This document shows positions 25,343 through 35,222 of a stretch of 64,000 nucleotides of DNA, piece by piece. A program made the position numbers and the translations under genes. Each line of letters begins with the position of its first letter. The first letter of the stretch is position 1. The stretch covers positions 115,137-179,136 of the forward strand of contig RHPI01000003.1 of NCBI GenBank assembly GCA_009103225.1. Reading direction: 5' to 3'. The notes under the pieces are model-generated. The model was not told the DNA's origin, made no database searches, and was given only the letters and a program-made list of their open reading frames with translations. The DNA is from Chlorokybus atmophyticus. Its lineage: Eukaryota > Plantae > Mesostigma and Chlorokybus algae.

Positions 25343-26056
25343 GGCAACCAGACCACAAACCCTTGCTCTACAGCTATACACACACTGCACTTCTGGGTGA
25401 AGCACAGCACCAACCTATCCAGGCGACCTCGCGTCCAAGGCCACGCACGCCCCCATTCCCTTCCGCCACTCCCTCAGCACCTAAGCACCTCACACGCCGT
25501 TGCCACCGAGACCGTATCCAGCACCGCCGCCCACAACGCCGCTATCGCCGCCGCCTAGCTTGCTTTCTCAGCAGCTATGGTAGGTGCGGAAGATATGGTC
25601 CGGACTACCACAGAATCGAATCGCAGCAGCGGGGCAGCAAATCAACCGCTGCCCCTCTGCGGCTACCCGGGGCTTTCAGCCACGCGCGACGCTCGATGCA
25701 CCGAATGCGACGCCTCACTTAGGGCAGCTGTTGGTTTTTGGTGTATGTTCCCACCCACTTTCCGCTGCCCCTTTTTTGCTCCCCCCCCTTTTTTCGTGTT
25801 TGTCACGGCCCGTAGATTCAGACAGCAGCACCTTTTTCCCTACCTCCCACAAGCGGTTCCGCGCCAGGGCCGGAGGTTGGACTCATTAAATTCAAACCTA
25901 ACCGCAACCGAAACTAACTCGCAATCGGGTCATTGGCACTATCAAAGCTGTGTTTGCATTGCTCTTGTGACGTTCGCGTTACGCCTGAGTCAGGCGGCCT
26001 GACTGAGTCAACTGATAACAGCACTGGCACCAAGGCGTTACAAGCGCGGCAAAAGG

Positions 26057-26367
26057 AAATATCTGACCAGACGACCGGGCGCAAGTTGAATGGAGCTGAT
26101 GCTGCCAGCGCCCGCATGATGATGGGGTTAACCGTGATTTGTTTAACGCGAGCGAATCTGGCTGTGGTGACCAAGCAGCGGTCTGTACGATCGCGTATCT
26201 TCCTTGTGTGTACATTTCGCCAAGGGTTCACTTAGCGCGGAGTCGAGGTTAAGGGCCGGGCCGCGGAGCTGACCCTGTCTAGTTAGGCTTGAGTCAAGCC
26301 GCTTGACTGGACTGGCACAAGTGTTAAGCTCGCGCGTAACCGCTGCCGCAAAGCCACGCAGATATTT
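26057..26367. promoter_or_regulatory. Two evening-element core motifs (AAATATCT) upstream of ELF3
   Basis: AAATATCT at 26057-26064 (+) and 26360-26367 (-), 0.7-1.0 kb upstream of the ELF3 ATG. Neither has the full 9-mer AAAATATCT. Confidence 0.35.
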
Positions 26368-26461
26368 CAGCTTTTCGGTTGCCATTGTCAGAGGCCCCGC
26401 GGCCAGCGACACTTTTCCTGACGCGCTGGTATTACGCTTTTAGCTGGCTAGCAGGACCGAT

Positions 26462-26956
26462 TCAGGCTGCAGCAACAGACCCAATCATGTTGGTATCTTT
26501 TCCTGATGGCCGGCAGTTTATTATTGTAACTGTCACGCGGATGAGATTGGCAGAACGTTGCAATCGCTGCCGTTTGGCCGGTATTTGGCAAGCCAGTTGG
26601 GCTCGTAACCGACTGGCACCCAGCCAATTATTATCACACGACACGCGCAAAAGTTTGCGCCAAAAAGCCGCATGCCGCCGGGTGCGGCACGAGGCCATGC
26701 TCGATGTCAGCACTTTCCGCTTCTTCGGCGTGCTGGCTTCAGAAGCCAAAAGCGGTCTCTGGATTTTGCCACAGTTGACGCCAAGCCGTACCCAATCAGG
26801 CTGCTCAAATAGTGGTGAATGTCGTTGCGTTTTGAAAACGCACTTTTGATTGCAAAAAGGACATGGCGTACGGATGGCGGTCCCCGACATAGACAAAAGG
26901 GAGTGACTCATACTAAACGACAACGCCAACCCCCCCTTCCCTTTCAACAGGATCAT
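26462..26956 (-). CDS. Intronless CpG-rich ORF of unknown function, possibly spurious or decayed
   Basis: 164-codon ORF from the track with an N-terminal CPFC...C motif; a second frame (26143-26412) follows after stops. No recognisable family. Confidence 0.25.
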   Translation of the reverse strand: MILLKGKGGLALSFSMSHSLLSMSGTAIRTPCPFCNQKCVFKTQRHSPLFEQPDWVRLGVNCGKIQRPLLASEASTPKKRKVLTSSMASCRTRRHAAFWRKLLRVSCDNNWLGASRLRAQLACQIPAKRQRLQRSANLIRVTVTIINCRPSGKDTNMIGSVAAA

Positions 26957-28280
26957 CGTTGCAAAAGCGTGAGTGGACCGGGACGCTTTATTGACCTGGG
27001 GGCCTTTATTTGCTACCGGTAAGCAGTTTAGCTCTACATTACAAAGCTAGATTATGTATTTGCCATCCAGTGATTCTGATGCATGAGCGCACACAACACT
27101 CTAACTAGCAAGCCAGCAAAGCAAACAAAGAGCGGGCAAGCAGCTGAATTATTAAAGCAGGCTAAGTGCAATGTCTTGGGCGAGGGCGTGGGGATGTAGC
27201 TAGCCACTACAAAGCTCTTATCAATGCAATAGAGTAACAACGTAATCAGCCAAACTGATATCGCAGAATACAGCTATGTAAAGTGCATTACGGTATCCAT
27301 GCAAAATTTATTGTGCATCCAATGTGTTACAGCATGTAGGTTTATTACGTATAGATTAAAAGTTGAGTATTATTATTAGGCTTTTAATATTATATAAACA
27401 CTTCAATATATTATTTAAATGTATTATTGAATGACGATGGCTAGAATTTCTTTTGCTCCGAATTAAAACTTGTGCAGGATATGTACTTACAAATGGTACT
27501 TAAATTTGTTTATACGCATAAACGCAATAATTACACATCATAAAAAGGATGTGTTACCTGAGCTGCGATTCGCATTGCATGTGTGCAGCATATGTTGCAA
27601 TTTATGAATCATGCTTGCAGACTCAACTCAGAGCATGTATACAAGCAGCCACATGTGGCATGCTTGCAACATGTCTGGTTATATGTTATACGTGTCTTAA
27701 GTTATGGTACATGTAAAAGACGTGTAGCTCATCTTGACATTGACTTTTGCTACCATGGCGTAATTGTCACGTCGAAAAGACTGGCTTATGTCACTCTCAG
27801 GTCCTTACTTATATGGTAAGTAAGAAGGACCAAGTGAGTATGGGGCGTGCAGGCATGGGGTGTGTAGCTCCTGGCATATGTGCTCATGAAGTCTGTGCTT
27901 ATGTACTTAGTGCATAAAAACATATCAGCTATACATGACACTGTCTACCAGTAAGTACAGGACTGGTGATTGTCAAGCGCATAAGCGCATAAGGTCATAA
28001 GGACAAGAGTGCTGCCTGTGTTAACGTCCGAGGTTGGACAAAATCAGCATGTGCTGACAGGTCAGCGCATAGGTGGCGAGGTCTTGTTGGCCTCAGACAT
28101 CCTATGTGCCAGGTCGGAGAGAAGCAAGTAGTTTAAAGGCGGGACTACCACCTTTTTATGGTGATCAGTTGCTGGCCTTGCAGAGCTACTTGTGTGTGGG
28201 GTGCCTGGCTGAAGCTGTTAAAGGATGCTCTCCCCATCCACTCCTTGTGGGGGTGTTGCTTGTTGCAAGGAGTGCGGTAA

Positions 28281-29731
28281 CGTTGCGAAATGTTTCCCCT
28301 GCCGGCTAATTAAATATTGACAACGGCCGTGCACCTGATACCCATTTGGACTGTCATGGCTCAGTCCACCTGTAATCTCGATACAGACATCAGTATAACG
28401 GTCGTTACCATCAATTGGCGGCCGTCTGCATAAAGGGACTGACCCTAATTGATGGGTTGTAAGGTACCCATCAGTTAAGCAAAGGGACTTGACCTAACTA
28501 ACCAATACCCAACAATTGGGCACATGCGACTTTACGTCGTCGAAGGTATTTAACTGTTAGATACATGTATAGTACCTTATAGTACCAAACATTACTTTTG
28601 ATAATGTTAGGTACTAACAGGTACCGTGCATACTGTGAGAGAGAGACGACATGTCACAAGTAAAATTGCCATCAAAACGATGAACATATATTGATGACAC
28701 ATTACATGCTGTTGCTATAGTATACAGTGAACTACTGCTACTACTACTACTACTACTACTACTTTTACTACTCCACTACCCTCCACTACCCTTACACTAA
28801 GTCATCAACTAAGTCGCCGCTCTAACACCTCCTCCTGACCTGCTCAGCAAGCAGAGCGGTTTGGCTGTTACGCAACACAACGGCATCATACATACACACA
28901 CTCACACAAAAACAAATTCACCTGCTATGCCATTGCCGCCGCCGCCGCCCCCTGGCCTGGCCTGGCCTGGTCGGCAAGAAGGGCAGTGTGACGCTACGCT
29001 ATTGCGCTTAACATAACGGCATTCATACATGTATACAAATACAAACAGTCTCACCTACTGTGCCATGGTCGCCGCCGCCGCCGTTGCCGCCACCGCCACC
29101 GCCACCGCCACTGCCATCGCCGCCGCCAGTCCAGCTTGCTTAAAGCCGTTGTGGGTTTTAAGCGCTGCTGCTGCTGGGCAGCAGCAGCGCTTCAATGGCG
29201 CTATCGTACCATCAAATGGTACGAGTGTGCCATGGTACCTGTATCCTCATGGACCTATGATACCATCGCAATGGTACCATAGGTCCATTAAGTGTTCCAC
29301 TTAACTGTTCCGGACTGCTATGTCACTGTCCCACCTCGCCGCCATCGCTTGTCCCCAAGTTAAGACTAAGCGGAAACTTGCTTACCAATGAAAGGCATGT
29401 CGCCGCCGCGGGCTATATACGGTCGCTGGCCGGCCGCCGGTGAAAGGGGACTGACGGGTATCAGTAGTCGCCATTAGGGGCTCGAGAGGGCACTTAATTG
29501 CTATTATAACTGTGTGATTGGCGGTCGGCCGTTATCACAATTTGCTTGAAGGTCATTACTGGCAAATAATAGTCCAGTGCTAAATACGACAGGCGGCTGG
29601 CCATTACGAATTGTCCATGATATGCATTGGTGGTCCACTCAGTCCCTTGATAGCCAAGTCGTTAGGGTCCGTTAGGGTCAAGCAGGGTCAGTCGCTTAGT
29701 CCCTAATCAGTCATGCCGAAAGCTTTACGAC
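28281..29731 (+). mobile_element. Non-autonomous TIR element, copy B
   Basis: Begins TAA|CGTTGCGAAATGTTTCCCCTGCCGGC and is colinear with copies A and C. The right end (AAAGCTTTACGAC|TAA) is degenerate, so its coordinate is approximate. Confidence 0.7.
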
Positions 29732-29987
29732 TAAGTTGATTTGCTTGTGCAGAAGTTTGTGACGCTCTCAGCAGGTAAGTTAAGAGGTGTATGTGACAGC
29801 AGTGCTTAACGCAACGTGCTACAATGCTTGCAAATGTTAACGCGAAAGTCACAGCCACACTATGTCACTCAGGCATGTTAAAAGTAATTGGTAAAAGCCG
29901 ATCGAAGGTGCTTGCGATAGCATGGTATCAAAACAATAATGCATTTATGATAATCTCTTGCAAGATTCATTATAGCAGTCAAGTATA

Positions 29988-31555
29988 CGTTGCACATTTT
30001 ACACACGGTGATTGACCACGGACTGAGGGACTGACGAGTGCCTGACCCTACCTGACCGTACATAACTTTGACAACTTGGGCCATAAAGGGTCTGACTGGA
30101 CTGCCGGTGTATATTGTGGATAACAATTAACGGCCAATGGCCTATCGTACAGTATAATGGACTGCTGCCTGTCATAACCTGCTTGTAATATATGTCGACG
30201 GCCGACCGCCGGTCGTACAGCACCCGCATCGGCGACCTACCGGTGATAGCAATACAGTTACCTCAATCCCCCAATTTTGACGAATGATACGGAATATTCA
30301 CATAGTTAATACGACCGGCCGCTGATCGTATAGCATTTTGCGACGGTGATGTATCAAAAATGGCAAGCAAGTGACTTATCAGTCCCAACTTAGGGACGAG
30401 CTGGCGGTGAGTTGGGACAAGTACTGATATATAATACGATGGAAGCTTCGTCTCAAGACAATAGTACGATCGTACCATTGATATGGTACAGCAGTTCCAT
30501 TATAATAGTAATAGTACCATTGTATTGGTATTTTGACACCATTACGATGGTACAAAAGTACCATAATGTAATGGTACGATGGTGTCATAAGGGAAGCCGT
30601 TGAGTTTTCAAACTCAACGGCCCCCTTGTGAATCCAAACGCTAAGCCGCAACACAACGCTCAGCTGTGCAAGTTGACTTACGCAATTGAGCGTTGTGCTG
30701 CTGCGGCGGCGGCGGCGGCGGCAGGTATGTGCTTGTGTGCTTGTGCATGTCTTGTTGTGTAGTGCGCAGCAGCGCAGCCTGACCGCCCTTCCACCCTTCG
30801 TGTTGCAGGGCGGCTACCAGGCCAGGCGCGGCGGCGGCGGCGGCCGCCAGCAGGTGCGCTATTGTTGTTTGTGGTGGTGGTGGTGGTGGTGGTGGTGGTG
30901 GTGTGTATATAATGTGTTGCGCCGCCCTAGCTGACCGCCCTTCTTTCCTCAGGACGGCTAGGCTAGGAGGGCGGAAGCAGCAGGCAAGCGGCAGCGCAGG
31001 ACTTAGCGGCGACAGACTGTAGTGTAGTAGGTAAAACTACTACCGTAGTAGTGTAGTAGTATACCGTAGTATGTTAGTAGTGGGGCTTGTACTGCGTAGG
31101 TGACATGTGTATGACTGTGATGTATTCAAGTTGTGTTATATGATTGCCATCTTGCACGGTCGATGTCACATAAACGCGGTACCTACTCATCACTGACGGT
31201 ACTCTAAGGTACCGTTAGTTATAACTGGGTACCTGGCAGTTAAGGACAGTTACCACAAAGTTGCCGGTACATAACTGATAAGTACCGGTCAGATACCTGT
31301 TAGTTAGGCTAAGTCACCTTTGCTTGATTGATAGGTATCTTACAGGTACAGGTTAATTTGAGCAAGTCTCTTTTGCTTGACTGATAAGTGCCTGACAGGT
31401 CACTCCCTTCGTGTAAACGGCCGGGGACGACCGTTATACTTAGGTCTCTGTATCGAGATTACAATGGACTAAGCCTCGACAGTCCAAATGAGTATCCTCA
31501 GGTGCACGGCCGCTACCAGTATTTAATCGGCCGGCAGGGGAAACATTTTGCGACG
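29988..31555 (-). mobile_element. Non-autonomous TIR element, copy C (1568 bp, TA on both flanks)
   Basis: TA|CGTTGCACATTTT at 29986 and AAACATTTTGCGACG|TA at 31557. Its reverse complement aligns with copy B, e.g. AAATGTTTCCCCTGCCGGC, CGGCCGTGCACCTGA, CATTTGGACTGTC, TGTAATCTCGATACAGA, AGTATAACGGTCGT. Confidence 0.8.
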
Positions 31556-31910
31556 TAATGTAAGTTGCCAACTTGAATACGTTATCTTGTTGCTGCTCAC
31601 GCTTATCTATACTATAGACCGAAATAAGACATTTATTGACTCCGCAATTTCATGTATTCAATGAATTGTGCAACAATCACATTTCGTTAGCGCTCCCGGA
31701 GGCGCTCCTCGACGGGCCGTCATTTCCAGCTTATTACCAATGAAATACGGTACCATCCGGCAAGATTGAGACCCATTGCGCATGTGAACACAAACTCACA
31801 TCTGAGGCTATTGTAACTAAAGATTACTATATATAGAATTGCAGCTCACCGTAATGGTAACGACCATCCACAACGGTGTTTACGTTACATGTTAATGTTA
31901 ACGGTGTTAA

Positions 31911-31975
31911 CCATCCACAACACGTAATAAGTGTATCACGTGTTGTGGATGGATACCACCAAGTGCCTCTGCTAG
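31911..31975 (+). repeat. Perfect 15-bp hairpin followed by CTAG-T; possible Helitron-type 3' end
   Basis: CCATCCACAACACGT (31911-31925), 12-nt loop, ACGTGTTGTGGATGG (31938-31952); CTAG at 31972-31975 followed by T. The hairpin is certain; the Helitron reading is inference. Confidence 0.45.
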
Positions 31976-32699
31976 TAGCTGACTTAGAATGGTACAAAAA
32001 ATGTTAAAAATGTTGGATATTGTATTATCAATCGTGATGTGGTACATCTCGTCTCGCAATATGCAGCGCAAGCATTATGAGTCGCGGTCCTCTCCCCGCT
32101 CAGCGCGCACCGCAACAAACATCAATGTGTCAATAAACAGCTTGGCGCGATGCAAGGTTCAAGCGATACCACTTGCAAGCGATATAAACACGCTACCGCT
32201 CTTGTTCACTTCTTGAATTTTCAAGATATGCTTTCCAAAGGCTCATTTGTCACTCCCTAAAAGGGAGTTGCATGCGTTTGATGTTTTACAACACCACTTA
32301 AATAGCAATGCTCTCCTCTGCGCTGCTATGCAGCTAGCCAATTGGACGTGCTGCACGTGCTATGCTGTCTGTATAGCAAGCTAACTCATAGTACCTCAAA
32401 TTAAACAGCAACAAGTAGGCACGTGCAAACCTCAATAGCCGATACAAGACTCTGGAGATTGAGCAGAGTCGTTGCCCTTGTTGGCTAAGCCTCACGTCAG
32501 GTCTCACGTCTCACACCACATAATGTGGCGCTGCGTAGCAGGTGAGGCGCTGTGCCTTAAAGGCTGCCTTGCAAGTCACGCACGTCTTGCTAAGGGTCTT
32601 AGCACACTGCTATGTTTTGCTCGTCTATTGCTGAACACCGACTTGTCACTTGTTCCCTCCTATCTCACCAAACCCTAGATTGGTAAGCGCTCATTATAC

Positions 32700-33900
32700 C
32701 TTGCCCCAACCACCGCTGCCATTGTTATTCGTGCTAACATATGTTGCGAGTGGAAGCTTGCTGTGCAAATCTTGCTACTCCTGTCCTTATCACCAAACGG
32801 CGGCCCTTTCATCAATGCTTTTATGGTCGATGATGCCATCATCAACTATACAAGCACAGTAATTGCTGGCAATGCCTTGACTTTGTTTGCTGCTTGGTGA
32901 AGAGCCATGTTTAACATTGAAGCTCACGGCAAACACAGACACGGTGATTTGTGCTCCGCCATCGATGGCACCACAGATTCTTTCACACCCCATGAACATT
33001 CTGCATATAAGATTGGGCGCATGTTGCCAATGGCGGCCCATGTGGAATGATACCCATGGCTAACAGGGCTGACCATTATCGCAGCTGTAACGGGATGGTA
33101 CATTTACCACAAATCGACCATAAAAGGACCAAGTCTTTTGTGGTCGCATGGGCTGTGACATTGGTATCGGAGATTGAGACCCGGGTTCGATTCTTGCCTT
33201 GCCCACGAATTCCGCGGTCGTTGTTTCTCGATCCAATAACATCGTAAATGGTTACTTCATAAGTGCCATCATCAATGAGTCGCGACTTGCCTAATGGCAT
33301 TCGCGCCGACGTTCAGTCGGCGCGGCAGGACGCGACCTGCCTGTCGCGATGCGACCTGTGGAGCCGGCAGCGGTGCGCTATGCGCGCGTTGACCGGTATG
33401 GGCCTAAATTGGCCGGTCCTGGACTGTGGGGCCGGTGACCGACCCTAACAAACCCCTGGGATAATTCCCCAGCTGAGCGGGCAGCTACCGAGGACGTCAG
33501 CGTTCTTAAGTGGGGGGATTGTAACGGGAAGGTACATTAAATTACCATGTCATTAGGCAAGTCGCGACCCATCAATGATGGCACTTATAAAGTGCCCATT
33601 TACGATGTTATTGGATCGAGAAACAACGACCGCGGAATTTGTGTGCAAGGCAGGAATCCAACCCGGGTCTCAAGCTCCGATACCAATGTCACAGCCCACT
33701 CGACCACAAAAGACTTGGTGCTTTTATGGTCGATTTATGGTAACTTAATGTACCTTCCCGTTACAGCAGCATTGCATGCTCCCCATGTTCGAAGTAGATC
33801 ATGACAAGTTCAATATGGCTTGATCAAGTGAACTCTGCAACGCTGATTTGTGCTGAATGTGTAACGGGAGCAATAATAATAGGGGTATTATTGCTACCTA
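32700..33900 (-). pseudogene. Decayed PIF/Harbinger DDE transposase, interrupted by a TRIM
   Basis: ORF 32790-33041 reads ICGAIDGGAQITV...FNVKHGSSPS...QGIASNYC...DERAAVW, matching the HARBI1-type GAIDGTHI...NRKG..S.N.Q.I.D...HD.RV pattern. Stops flank it. Boundaries are approximate. Confidence 0.65.
33086..33765 (+). mobile_element. Fold-back TRIM: LTR-PBS-internal-PPT-partial LTR fused to an inverted LTR-PBS-internal arm
   Basis: TSD GCAGC at 33081-33085 and 33766-33770; ends TGTAACGGG...CCCGTTACA. Left LTR 33086-33160 with PBS TGGTATCGGAGA at 33162. PPT AAGTGGGGGGAT at 33508-33519, then 27 bp of LTR (33520-33546). 33547-33765 is the reverse complement of 33086-33300, including PBS TGGTATCGGAGC (33685-33674) and LTR 33687-33765. 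Confidence 0.9.
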
Positions 33901-34080
33901 AATAACACATTTTGTATGAATAAGTATTTAAATATGCTTATTTATACCTCTTTTCTACGGTTCCTCGCTTATTAAAGGCTATGATGCTTTATCATAGCTT
34001 AGATAAGTCCCAATGGGTGTAGAACCGCTTATTCAAGCCTATTTAGTGTCACATTTGATATAATGTGATCACTATCTCGT

Positions 34081-34134
34081 TAGGTACCTTACGATAGGTA
34101 TCTTTGGATAGGTACCTTATCGATAGGTACCTTA
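34081..34134. repeat. Four tandem copies of GATAGGTACCTTA
   Basis: TAGGTACCTTA 34081, GATAGGTATCTTT 34093, GATAGGTACCTTA 34107 and 34122. Confidence 0.85.
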
Positions 34135-35222
34135 TTTGCTGTGATTGGCTCACGCTAGATTTCCTAACTACCCTATCTGTAGGGTCGATGTCTAGTTGTG
34201 AGTTAATTATCGAGAGGTATATAGTTGATATACTCTTGATATAAAAGGTCACATCAATCTGATGTAGGGACTTTCAGTTCTCTGCTCAGTGGCGGCCACG
34301 CCGTTGAAAGGCTTGTCATAGGCGGTGTGGGTGTTGGGGTAGAGGATTGAAGGGGCATCACCGGCGACGGTGGTGCTGTTACAGAGTGGGCTTAAAGAGC
34401 TTATAAAGCATTAAGCATCACACAACCTCTTATGGTAGCGCGTTTTGCTACTATGGCCTGGTCGGCTAAGCCCCGCGTAACAAACTCTCAGCTTACGCGA
34501 TCGGCGCGCAATGCAAAACGCCACACACAACTCGATACGCCACATTGCCCACTGCTCACATGTAGTCATGAATGTCGCAACTCTCACTCATACTACTGTG
34601 CTATACCCTATGCTAGTTTTGATCAATGGATGAGGCAAACATTTGTCGTGCTCATTAACCAAGAACATCATCAACACTCCTACGCCTGTACACCTATGCA
34701 CATGCTCCATTGTACTTGCCTATGCTAGCAAATACTGACTTGCTAACTGCCAATCTTAACATTTTAGAACTTTCAGTGTGACATGGTCAGAGAGAATATT
34801 AATTGCACGCAGAGTGGGCCACCAGTTATGGCAGCATGTCCTTGATAAAAGCCACTAGGCAAATTGTGGTCAGTTCCCACCTTGTTGCCAACAAGCTGCG
34901 TTCATAACAGGTGGACACTACACGATGTAGCACAGTTTTACCGAGCACGGTGTTTAGTGCTCTTGGTTAGCATTGTTGTCCCGACTCCAGAGGTGGCTTT
35001 CTCTTTACAAGCTTTGACGTATAAAACATATTATGCCGTACATCATCATCAGAGTCATGTAACGTACATGGCACAGTGCTATACATACATAACACAATGT
35101 GCATCTGCACACATGGTGTCAACCAACAACTCACATCGCAACAAAATGCATCATATTATGGCAAAGCCACCTTTCGCTGTATGCAAGTTGCACTATCAGC
35201 TAGGTAGAGCACTCCTTCCCGG

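Noticed and set aside
29660-29705. Interstitial telomeric repeat (TTAGGG twice)
   Set aside because: Part of the AGGGTC subterminal repeats of the TIR element, also present in copies A and C.
32040-32400. PIF1/Helitron helicase fragment (VFISLASGIA*TL)
   Set aside because: Only a short resemblance, no Walker A at the expected distance, many stops in all frames.
33135-33205. tRNA gene or tRNA-derived SINE
   Set aside because: No full cloverleaf or anticodon arm and no SINE tail; the boxes straddle an LTR end and PBS inside a TSD-bounded TG...CA element.
33086-33765. DIRS-type element or MITE because of the inverted termini
   Set aside because: A PBS, a PPT and a 5-bp TSD indicate integrase-type LTR insertion; DIRS elements make no TSD.
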